DNA of 64,000 nucleotides, taken from positions 103,212 to 167,211 of the forward strand of contig NW_002060971.1 of the NCBI RefSeq assembly GCF_000150275.1. The letters are read 5' to 3'. Of this stretch, positions 38,001 through 64,000 are shown in pieces. Numbering within the stretch: position 1 is the first letter of the stretch; every line of letters begins with the position of its first letter. Below the pieces are notes generated by a model that was given only the letters and a program-made list of their open reading frames with translations, had not been told where the DNA came from and did no database searches. The DNA is from Trichoplax adhaerens (taxonomy: Eukaryota > Animalia > Placozoa). A program made the position numbers and the translations under genes.

Positions 38001-41000
38001 CACTACAACACTGTATTGGCTATCAAAATAGAATGTAAACTTTGTGGTGAGATGATACTTTCTCAAATGACCGCAAAAGAAAATTTGTTTTCATGATGAT
38101 AAGAATGATCATGATTGTAAAAGATTGAGTAGGACGCTAGAAGAAAATTGTCCATTTAATCTATCCCAAGTACAGCTTATAAACTATGGAAAAAATAATC
38201 CAAAATCAAGGATAACAATAGCAATAGCCGTTCTATTCTATTTAGAATGGATCTAATGTATTTTTTTACAATCCATTTTATCCATTTACAGTTATGATAG
38301 ACGCGCATTGCTACTGTGCTGTTGTTGTTGTGGATAAAGAAAGTCTAGAGTTTAACCCTTTGCTAGTTTTTTTCAATTATGGCGTATCAAAGGCATACGT
38401 GATCTTAGCTTTTACAATTGTCCCACATTAATAGGATTCATCTTCTATCGATCATGTATTATCTTGACAGTTTCCTGACTATTAAATCGACACCATGGTA
38501 CACAATGAGGGACGGTAGCATTCGTCCGGAAAACCCACTTTGATAAAATTGCATTTGCCTGGGCTTTCTATTACACAACAGATTGGTGATTTAAATCTTT
38601 ACTCTATACTAGAATGCAGCAAGGGGATCATCCTATTGCCATTGTAGACAATTGACATCCTAATTAATGGCTAAAGGCTTTATTTTTCTGTAATATCATA
38701 CCATGCTTCCATGTTGATGGATGGACGATCCAATTCTTAGAATAAAAAAAAAACTTTCTAAATAACGTCTTCTTAGCAGTCCTACCTGTGCTATCGATTT
38801 CATGATCCGATACATTTTTAATGCGACAATATTGAAATTTAGTGATATTGACAATGTCTTCAGATGGCATCACTAAACCTCACTGAGTCGAATAAGACGG
38901 ATAGGACGAATCGGTTGTTGAAAATCAGTCATTATTAATATCTTCAAGGCTTCATCAAGACATTTTCATTGATATAGATGAAGTAGAGAAACATAAATAC
39001 CCACATTTCTACTTTATTATACTGTATTCATCTAGCATTGATGTTGACATTATTTCCTTTTTCCCCTTTCTACATTTCATAATAATGCTTGGCATTTCTA
39101 TCAAATCTGTTATTGATGAATGCCATGTGCACTGCTTACACTGACCTATTCATTATGCGAACATTTCAAGCAGCTTTCTTCATGTGAATAACACACATTG
39201 GAAAAAGGATAATTATTATATCGTTCCATTTAAAAACAAAAAATACGACTTGATGAATTGATTCATATCATCTTAAAAAGGTTCTGTGGGTAATAGTGCA
39301 AGCAGCTTGCTTCATGTCAATAACACACATTGGAAAAAGGATAATTATTATATCGTTCCATTTAAAAACAAAAAATACGACTTGATGAATTGATTCATAT
39401 CATCTTAAAAAGGTTCTGTGGGTAATAGTGCAAGCAGCTTGCTTCATGTCAATAACACACATTGGAAAAAGGATAATTATTATATCGTTCCATTTAAAAA
39501 CAAAAATACGACTTGATGAATTGATTCATATCATCTTAAAAGGTTCTGTGGGTAATAGTGCAAGCAGCTTGCTTCATGTCAATAACACACATTGGAAAAA
39601 GGATAATTATTATATCGTTCCATTTAAAAACAAAAATACGACTTGATGAATTGATTCATATCATCTTAAAAGGTTCTGTGGGTAATAGTGCAAGCAGCTT
39701 GCTTCATGTCAATAACACACATTGGAAAAAAGGATAGTTATTATATCGTTCCATTTAAAAACAAAAATACGACTTAATGAATTGATTCATATCATCTTGA
39801 AAGGTTCTGTAGGTAATAGCGCAAGCAGCTTGCTTCATGTCAATAACACACATTGGAAAAAAGGATAGTTATTATATCGTTCGATTTAAAAACAAAAAAA
39901 TGACTTAATGAATTGATTCATATCATCTTGAAAGGTTCTGTAGGTAATAGTGTGATGGGGATTAATTAGCACATATTTTATTCAAATATAAAACTGTAAA
40001 AAAAATAGGCCAATTATTAGGCATGACTTATTTTTGCGCAGAATTTTTAATCAATGCTATTAAAAAAAACTACAGTAATGCCGTTATTTTGACGATCTTC
40101 CATTATGTACCTCTATCATTGGCTATTCAGAAATGTAAACTAACGTACTATACATAGATTTTTAATGATCTTGTATCGATTAATATTACTATTTATAGGA
40201 AAGTATGACTGTCATCAAGACTAACTTCAAGGTAGACAGCGATGGATTTTTTGTCTCATGGACAGAAAACAAGGTTAAGTGGAATACCTATCAGAGTATC
40301 TCTAGCCAATAATCATCAAACTGTAGTTGTTTCATTAATTAGACTTTACATTTAAAATAATATGATGATTTTAATTTCCGCTATTTGACATTGCCATTGC
40401 TTAGACATATGATACATAGACAATCTACCCATCTTTTACAACAATAGTTAGTATTACTAGAAAATTAATTAACGGCTGTATACAGTATATACCTTATAGA
40501 CCAGATATTGATTAGCCTTTGTAATAGCCAAAATTGGCAAATGTCTGTTAATCTCAATCTCAATATATTCCAATAGGTTATTCTATACAATTGTTATCGA
40601 TACAGTAGTAATTACTGGTGATATTATTGAGTGCAATCTTATTGAATCATAATACGGAAAAGGAGCCAAGTAATAATATAGCTTTTAAATAATATTATTA
40701 TTCTCATGGCATATATCATTCTACTTTCTTGTCTATTGTGTGCAATAGGAAGGGATGTGCTTGGATATGTTTATGATCAATGAAGCTAAAAATGGCACGC
40801 TACCAAAGGTAACTTCATTCATAGTATGGCTAGGTAGTTTCAATTAGCGGACATCAGAAAAAATCAATGCACTAGCTTACAATCATCCTAATTAATGGTA
40901 ATACGAATGCTTTTTATACTTGCAATTGGACCTGAAAAAGGCCCGGTTCAGTTCAATGCTGTTATTAGCTTTACAGGTCTACTTGTAATAGGTTCATAAG

Positions 41001-44000
41001 ATATGAAAAAGCGCAATGCTCGATTTCAATTCAAAGGCCTTTAATCTAATAACATTATTTCCCCCTTATGTCTGCCGATATTGTAATCGGAAGACTTTAG
41101 GGATACAATTTTAATATATTATTCCACCAAAATAGTACTGTAGCTAAGAATTTGACCCTTACTTTTATGACAACCCAGTGGAAAACAACAACCATAGTTA
41201 TCCCTGATATTGAAAGTTAAAAAATTTGATGGCAATCTACAGTAAACTAAGATTAAAATTATGATTTCTTTACCTCACGCCATTTCATTTTAAAAATAAT
41301 ACATATATATATTTAATTTTAAGGTCTAGCCCACAATTTACATAATATATACTCGTACTGTTTAATAGGAGTCATATATATACAAAAACTTTCTAATGGC
41401 ATTTATAAGTACTGGATTAATGTAATGCAACATACGAACGTATATATATACGTTAGCTTTTAATAATTAATTCACTCTAATATTTAGAGTAGCACTATTG
41501 GCAGAAGGTAATCATTTTTGCCTTATGCTGTACTATAAAAATACTTACCAGAATCTATTCCTAGTATGGTATTGCTATAGTTTATTTGTTTAATAAGTGT
41601 GATGATGTTATTAATGACGTACTTATATAACACACCTTTTGTATAGTAGCGTAAAACCATCAATTGAGGCGCAGTAAATAACCTATAGTTGCATTCCCTA
41701 AACTATTGCTATAGCGCATATGCACGGTATAATTTTAAATTATAATAGTACTGTATTGGCATTGTTGACATTTATCATGGTTGATGACTGTTACAAAATG
41801 TAGGTCATTTTACTATCTATTTTTAATTCTAACAAGTACATAAATATGGTGTTACTTTAATTAACGCATCGCTCGTTTCTTACACCAAGACTTAACTTAC
41901 ACATGCATCATGTAGTGCTCATTCTATAGAGAGTACTGCTACTGACTATACTATATTTAGTTAAATATCTCTTGCCCGAACATTATTTACCAATTTCCTC
42001 GGTGATAAAATATAATTTCATAGTGTCTCTACCATATTCGTTTCGTAATGATTATAATTACCTACAGATTGCGCGTATTTAACAGAAAGCCAATGTATTG
42101 ATACCATAAAGCATGATTCTGTAACATTTGCGTAGAAATATTAGCTAACTTTTTGACTAGTATTGCATAATATGAATTGCATTTATCAACAAGAATAGTT
42201 ATGTTTAAAGGAAAATTTTTGCATAGTTACAATAAATTTGTTAGCTACCAGTATTACTTCGCAAATCCATTATTTAATGGATAATTCATGATATTATAAT
42301 CAGGATCAGAGAGTCCGTGATCTAATTGAGAAGGAATGTGGCCCCAACGTCTCTGAAGCAAGACTTTTAACAATTGTTTACGGCTACTCGTTAGTAGATA
42401 TGAAAGAGATACGCTTAATCGCTTCAGATGCAAAATCTCGTGAGGTTAGATATTTGACATTTGAGGCATGTTCGTAAAGATAGTATAATAAACGGAGTTG
42501 CAGTCATTTAGATTATTATAGAGCGATTTAGTAATTACTTATTACCATCTGCTTCATTGCTTTAGATTTGGAAAGGCGGAATTAATAAAATCATTCACGA
42601 TGTTATTTCGATGAACGCACCATCTGATCATTTCATAAAGCGAAGGTATAATCTAAGCAATTCTGTAGTATATAATAGTAATATCTAGCGCATTAGGCTT
42701 TTTGAATTAGCATTATACTTTTCCATATTGAACAAGAGTTCCAAATTTCATGCTTTAAACTTAGTTGGGTCAAATTATGCTGTACTGGAGATGCAGATGG
42801 TAATATTCAAGTTAAAAAGTAAGTATAAAATTACTTTGCGCCTGAATCAAATTAGTTTTGCTTACTACAATGACCTTTGTATAATTGAAACTTGTATTAT
42901 CTTATTACAGCATCTACAAATTAGTACCCAGTAAACTAGAAGATAGGGTAGTAGACTCTTTAAAAGCCTTAAACTTGCCAAACAAAAAGGTTAACTTCAC
43001 GAAAGTTATTTTTTTGTGCCTTACTAAATTATCTTGATAGAGATAGAATTTAATGAAATGTTGCGATGACGTATGTCTTAAATTAAATACTTCAATACAT
43101 GTATTTTAAATAGAATGCTGTTATCGATCCGTCGAAATTTCCATTTTCGACATTTATGTCTTTGTACAATAAACTGTGCCCTCGGAAAGATATTGAAGAT
43201 ATCGTCATGAATAGAACTGGCGGCAAGGCACCTTACTTATCAATTGAACAGTTGAGGACATTCCACAATGAAGAACAACGCGATCCTCGATTAAACGAAC
43301 TATTATATCCATTTATGAAAGCACTGCAATCTAAGGCTATAATAGACCAATACGAGCCGTTAGAAGTTCTTAAAGGACGAGGTTAAATAAAATATATTTA
43401 CTACGATCTAGTTGAAAGCTATTCCAAATTAACCTCTTTTATCGTTATGAAAACAAATATTTATTTTTCCAGGCCTTATAACACCGGAGGGCCTGCAATA
43501 TTATTTTTACAGTGCTGATAGCTTGATTGTACCATTGGAAAAATTACAACTTAAAGCTAAAGATATGGATGAGCCTATAGCGCATTATTTCATTAACTCA
43601 TCACATAACACTTATTTAGTCGGTATGCTCCTTTTCTTATATATTCGTTTTCCCACTTAAACGAAATAACTAATGCAATAACAAATGTAACGCTCTGTGG
43701 ATTGCACCTAAAAGCACCACATTAATTTCGATTATAATTTACATTGCTAATTGTTAATTGTTTTACTTGATTTTGTAGGGAAGCAGTTTGGAGGTAAATC
43801 TGTTGTTGATATGTACAGAAACGTCCTTTTGGCTGGCTGTCGGTTAGATTGAATTAAATAATTTAATGCAAGTCGATGTTTATTATAGAGTCTTGATATA
43901 AGCATGATCATTCTTTTAGATGCATCGAACTCGATTGCTGGGATGGCAAAGGTCAGGATGAGGAGCCAATTATCACACATGGTAAAGCAATGTGTTCAGA

Positions 44001-47000
44001 TATCCTATTTAAGGTATTTTTAAACACGATTTGAGAAAATTTTAGTAATTCGTGACACGTATCGATGTAAAATCTAATACATTAATTGCTTTTTATTAAG
44101 GATGTAATTGAAGTTATTAAGGAAGCCGCTTTTATAGCAACTGATTATCCAGTCATTTTATCATTCGAAAACCATTGCAGGTATAATTAATAGTTGATGG
44201 TTTATATTGCAAATTGCCGTTCATTGACTGTTGCAATTTCGAATACAGTATTAAACAGCAACGAAAGTTAGCGCAATATTGCCTAGAAAGTTTTGGTGAC
44301 TTATTACTGACCAAGCCTATCGATGGTTATCCGGTAAGTCTTATTACTAACTTCATATCACTAAGTTATTTAACGGTATAGGATTTAAGATAAATACTGT
44401 TGTACTTTACTTCTAAGACTGAACCAGGCAAAAGACTGCCACCTCCTAGTAAACTTAGAGGGAAGATTTTGATAAAGAACAAGAAACTAATTAAAACCGA
44501 GCAAGATACCGGTAAGACGTAGATATCGGTAAAAACAATTGTAATAACAGATTATTTCATTTTATGTTGACTGTTTTTTAATCTTGGCTCTAACAATAAA
44601 GGGTTATTCTACAATGTATCTTTTATTTTAAACTATATATTTAACAATAGAAAAGGAAAACGCTGCAGCATCAAAAGATACAGCAAACTCTCCTACAAAG
44701 GATTCGAATGGTACCATTACTACGAATTCTCAAAACGGTAGTAACATCTGTATAAACTATATATAATGATACATATACGCAAAATCTGATAGACATGTTT
44801 CTCTGTAGGTATCAAATCTGATTCAGCTGCCTCAGATACCAAGAAAGGTTTGCCCCTGTAGCATTAGATTAACGAGCGTTTAAAGTATCTTCCCATGCCA
44901 GATAGTATAATTCCGCTTAACTCTTGTTTTTGTAGATGGTACTGATGACGCAAAACCTAAAATCAATGGCTCAACAACCACCAAAACAACTAAAGGGGAT
45001 TCTTCTGAAGATCCACCTGCTAAGAAAGTTTTATCATCTAGCATTAATTTGGAAGCTCTCAAAACTGTAATCATGTTTAGAGATATCTTTTTAAAGTACA
45101 GTTAAAATTCTATAAAATCTCAATCAGATATTCCTAACGAGATCTGCGAAATTTTCGTATTAAAATTGCAGAATCTCGATCCAGACGTTGTTGCTGCTGT
45201 AGCAAATTATCGCTATACAGGGTCGACTGGAAATATTGATGAATTACTATCTTCGGTCGTGATTTATACCCAACCAGTACCTTTTCCAGGATTTGAAGAA
45301 GCGAAACGTGTGTATTTAAATTTTACTAGTATTATTATACTTATGTAAACCAAATCGAACTTTCCCAATAGTGCTCCATCTGATAATTCTATCAAAAATA
45401 TCATATTATGCTTTCAATACCTTCTATATAGTTCGTGAAACTTGTTAACATCATTATTTAAAAATTTTTTATAGAGGAAAGTAGGCTTGCACAATATATG
45501 CGTATAACATTAATTGCAACTACTCTTTTTAATGTATCCACTGATGATAGACTGTATTATACATTTATAGAGCGAAATCTACATTACAATATGTCTTCAT
45601 TTAACGAATCAACCGGATTTGGACACTTCAAAGCATCACCAACTGACTATGTTAAGTACGTCCATGATTTATTGCATTATTAACAAGCTTGAAGATACAA
45701 ATGGTCAATATCTATTTCGTTAATACTTAATGCGAAAAGACGATCTTTATTTATTGCTATTTATGGATATCGTTTTATGTCATAACCAGCTATAATAAGA
45801 GACAACTGAGTAGAATTTATCCGAAAGGCAGTAGAGTTGAATCATCTAACTTTATCCCGCAGGTACGACCTACCGGTTGTGTTTATAGTGCATCTGTAAT
45901 TATACATATAACATCTAAATGAGAATCATCGTGAAGAACGTATTTCACTAAAATGTTAATCGATTTACAGATTTTCTGGAATGCTGGATCACAGATGGTG
46001 TCGTTGAACTTTCAGACTCCGGGTACAGTGATATCATAATTTTTGCTCGCTGACCTATCCGTTATTATCAATCTACTGTTATGCCCATTAGGAGAGCTTA
46101 ATTTTATCATTACCCACTCATGTTATATTACTAAAATTTACTTAGATTTGGGATTTCAACTTAATCAATGCAAATTTGAGTATAACGGGATGTGTGGGTA
46201 AGCAAACAGTCTGCTGTTGTTAAGAGATTTAATATCGTGGTAGAAGTTATAGTTTAAGTGCACTATCTTGATCTGTTATTATGGATATGGTTGTAGTTAC
46301 CTGTTGAAACCAGAATTTATGCGCCGCGATGATAAACAATTCGATCCATTCGCCGAAAATCCAGTTGATGGAATTATTGCTGCTGATCTTGCCGTACAAG
46401 TAGGATTATTTTTTTACAAGGCAGTGACTACAATTAATTGGATTCTTACTAATATCTTTAATATCTTATGCCATTTTATGAAACAATTTATTCGGAAGGT
46501 TATTTCTGGACAGTTTGTATCTGATCGTAAAGTTAATACTTACGTAGAAGTTGATATGTATGGCCTGCCGGTTGATACCGTACGAAAGAAGTTCAAAACG
46601 AAAACAGTTTATGGCAACAGTATTAATCCTTATTACGACAGTGAATCGTTTCGATTTAGAAAGGTGAGAAAGCCATAGTAATAAACCCTACAAATACTCT
46701 AACCGAATTCTTACTCAAATAGTATTTAATGAATATTTCTTTGCTCTTTATCGCATAGGTTATCTTTCCAGATCTTGCTCTAGTAAGATTTACCGTCAAC
46801 GATGAAAATGGTAAAATGATTGCACAAAGGGTAATTCCATTCAATGCAATCCAAGCAGGTTAGCAACCATTGAAGCAATGCTTGAAGAGTTTTTAATAAA
46901 GTCTTTAAAGTTTTGTCTCGGCTATGTAGATTCAATTTGTATGACTATACTTACGTGTTATTAGGCTACCGCCATGTAGTGTTACGTAATGAATGGTGTA

Positions 47001-49293
47001 ATCCTATTGGATTAGCGCAATTATTTTGCCACTTTAAGATGAAAACTTATGTCCCTGAAGGATTAGACGGTACAGTAATTTATCAAATATATCATATTAG
47101 TCGTGCAATTGTTTGCTATAATTCAATCGTTAAATTTCACAGAAATGGTGGAGATGTTATCTCAGCCCTTGAAGTTTTTATCAATCCTTGATGAACGTTC
47201 TAAGAAAATGCAAGTTTATGACGTGGATGAGGTTAAATAATAATTTATCTTATCAATATATTGTTATTATGGCTAAACTTTTTATCCTAAAGAATGTAGA
47301 ATTATATTATATTTAACAGGATGAAGATGTAAGTGCAGTTGTTGACGAAACAATAGAAAAAGCTCCCTCGAAGGATGATAGTAAACCACAAACGCCGGCT
47401 AAGCCGAATGCTAAAGCAACTCCTAAAAAAAGTGATTCTGGATCATCAAGCTCCAATGACAGTTCTTCAAATGAGAGTAAGGCTCAAATGGTTCGCCAGA
47501 CCTCAGCAGTTGGTGGTATGTTAGATCGAGGTAAAGAATACATCTCGTATGTTAAGTGTAGTAGCGGTAATCATAAATGTCGCATATAAATGACGAAATA
47601 AATATTGTTCAAGGAAAGTAATCTGTCTATGACCTTTTTCAGAACCAATTAAGCCGGTTGACATAGATGAATTACTAAAATCTAAGGTAAGCAGTAAAAT
47701 AACATCTTTGTAAATATTGTCTTAATCGTTCCTGTATTAAGCAGTATGTAATACAAAAAATAATCTTTGCTGTAATTTATAGGCTTTCTCTAAATTTTTC
47801 AAAAAGCATCAAAAAGAATACCATCTCGTCCATAAAAAACACGACAAAGTATATTATTACTTTTTTCTGTCTTAGATTTCATGTTTTACCAAATATTCTT
47901 CACTACTCGCATCAGGAAAGATTTTCTGCAATTAGCCAAAATCTGAAGCAAGTTAATGATTTATCAATGGAAACTTTCGGTAAGAAATCTTTTATTGAAA
48001 ACAAGACTAAAGAGAAAAAATCTAGGCAGAAAACGGGGTAAGTAGTTTGTAGCGTAAATAAATCGTTAGAATACTTCTTCAAACTCCATGTTCATAGTAG
48101 GCATCTGTAGAAAAGAAATAAAACTTTTGTTTTTTTATACTATATTCTCTTTAAACTTTATTCAACGTAAAGAAATCCTGAAGCAGATTTGAAAAGTAAA
48201 TATATTGCTCGAGTTAAATCACTTAAGGGATCTCCTTCGAAAGACAAGGTTGGTTGCTACTTTTAAACAGGACTATTTTATAGTATCAATTTATGATGCA
48301 ATCAAAATCTGTTGTTACAGATAAATGCATTGGTTACGAAGCACATCAGTGAATCAACAGATATTGCTAAGCGCCATGAAGAGGATTTACAGAAATTTAA
48401 AAATAAAGCTTCAGGCATTGTAAGTATCACTTATCACTCACAATTATTTATCACCTTTTAAGCAAATGTAATAATTTTTGGAGCTTTCTTAATAGCTGTA
48501 TTCATTTATTTCATAAGATTTGGGATCAAATTAAATCGCTTATAATAAATGCTTTTGGTGATCAAATAAAAAATTTAGAAGAACAACAAAAGCGGTATGT
48601 AAATTTACTTATTGTATACCGAAATATCAGTATACGCACTTACATGTATTCATACAGTATTTATTAACGTGATTGAATTTGTTAATTCTTGGATTAAAGA
48701 GACTTTGCGGAATTAAGAAAAGGTCAAGCGAAGCGATCTATGGATGATACCAAAAAAATTGTGATTGATCGATCAGAGAACACGGACAAAGAAGATAGAA
48801 CTAGGTAAGATAGGATCTATTGATGCGGGCAAATCGAATCTCTATTACCTCTAAATCTGTTTATATTTTTAGGCGCCATCGTGAGCTCAGTCAATACAAT
48901 GTTAAACAGTTCATGGAGGAAAGGAAAAAGGTACGAGCTAAACGTTGGTTCTAGATTAAAGGTTGCTAACCTGAGAAACCTCTGTAATATTAGTATTTGT
49001 GATGTATAGTTATGCGGCAGGCATGATCGTGAAAAGAAGCAATTGGAAAAGAAACAAGAAGAAGAGATGCGATCTTTCGAGAGTCGAAAAGATGAAGTAA
49101 ATGCAAATCAAATATTGTACCTTAATATTAACAGATGACCGAGTAATAAATAGCAATATTATTTAATTCAATTCTAAAACCTTAATTATTTGTTCATCTA
49201 CTTGTATAGATCACTGTACCAGTCTTAAAACTTTTTGATGAAGATTACATCCCTCCTGCAGAACTAAAGCTCACTAATAATTCATTCGCTTAA
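35070..49293 (+). CDS. PLCB4: Phospholipase C beta, PLCB4/NorpA/EGL-8 clade; more than 30 exons
   Basis: Exon 1 (35070-35159) gives [30 protein letters not shown]; exon 2 (about 40199-40273) gives [25 protein letters not shown]. Beta4-type signatures: [76 protein letters not shown]; C2 [13 protein letters not shown]. The last exon (49210-49293) ends ...[11 protein letters not shown]. Confidence 0.92.
36076..36464. repeat. Tandem duplication, 2 x about 190 bp, in PLCB4-like intron 1
   Basis: ATATGAAATTGATATACTG...GGTGGATGCATTTTGCTATTC... occurs at 36076 and 36266. Confidence 0.93.
39167..39952. repeat. Minisatellite, 6 x about 131 bp, in PLCB4-like intron 1
   Basis: CAAGCAGCTT...AATAACACACATTGGAAAAAGG...GGTTCTGTGGGTAATAGTG starts at 39167, 39299, 39431, 39561, 39691 and 39822. 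Confidence 0.96.
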
Positions 49294-50251
49294 AATTAGA
49301 TTAGCAACGATAATCCTGTTAATTGGATTACAATTTTAAAACTTAAAATGATCATTGTTTACTTTGATTATAATTAATTTTAGCCAGGATTTTAAAAACT
49401 TAGCAATTGACTAGTTGATCAGCCTGTTTCTTTCTACCTCATGATCACTTTTCTTCTGTCATTTTACTGTATTTTTGCTATTTATGTTAGGTACAGGGAA
49501 ATTCTCTGCATGTCAATGAAATTTTACGTTATAATTATAAATTTAAAAAATTTTTAGCAACGATTTTTCGGTACTTTTAGATACATATTTTAGATGTTTA
49601 GGTCTTAGAATTGCACTCGAAGAGTTCCAAAATGAAGCTTACTGAAGCTTGCACGTGTTATGCCCACCTTGTTGAAACTACGAATAGTTATTATTGAAGT
49701 AATGATGAAATTTTTCGATCTAATGTTGTAAAATTATTTTCATACGAAAGCAAATGTGCCGAGTCTTGAGTAGATGTTTTAACATTTATAGTCATTTGAA
49801 TTTTATCTCCTATAGGAATTTTCTTAAATACTAAAATTTCTTTCTTTTATCTTTAAGTCCTCGGCTCCTCAAATAAAACAACTATATATATATACATCTT
49901 AAAAAATATACCTTTATTGAACTTTGTTCGTTACTAAAAAGTCATACGGCATAACAAAAAATTTAGCTGTTAGATTTGACAAATCGAATCACTTGTTTTT
50001 TATTATACAAAAAAATGCATGAATACTATTATTCAAGTCGTGATTACTAATATAAAATGTATTACATTCAAGAGATGCAGAAACACAGGTCCTTGCATGT
50101 AAATTATAAATATAAAAAATTTTGTTACAATTATATTGTGTACATATTATTGCACGATATGAAATGCAACATTGGATAATCCCTATCACAATTAGACCAA
50201 AATAAATCGAGAATGTCGCATATGATCCAATCTATAGATTTCTTAAGTTCT

Positions 50252-64000
<13,749 letters not shown>

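Noticed and set aside
39167-39952. Hammerhead-ribozyme satellite in the 131-bp repeat
   Set aside because: It has TTGATGA rather than CTGATGA and lacks a correctly placed GAAA and stems I/III.

Overview
Eukaryotic, AT-rich, intron-dense animal DNA with introns mostly 70-150 nt; the style suggests a placozoan (Trichoplax-like), which is an inference. Five protein-coding genes can be rebuilt exon by exon. (1) AP-4 adaptor mu subunit, minus strand, running off the left edge. (2) TFIIA alpha/beta precursor, head-to-head with it. (3) A PLC-beta1/2/3-type phospholipase C, minus strand. (4) A PLC-beta4/NorpA-type phospholipase C, plus strand, head-to-head with (3) across about 9.5 kb. (5) The 3' part of a very large type I membrane receptor with about 19 SRCR, 4 MAM and 4 LDLa domains, built by an internal super-repeat duplication. 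Most ORFs in the supplied track are exon fragments or noise. Notable non-obvious signals: two U12 (minor) introns, one of which is U2-type in the paralogous PLC; a GC-AG intron; a 442-bp solo-LTR-like insertion with a 5-bp target-site duplication; several unrelated minisatellites around the PLC 5' ends; and clustered TACAGT-based palindromic motifs found in both divergent intergenic regions. I found no CRISPR array, tRNA or rRNA, and I cannot claim a wholly new system. The best candidates for something undescribed are the TACAGT motif grammar, the PLC-beta pair with discordant intron class, and the SRCR/MAM/LDLa receptor.
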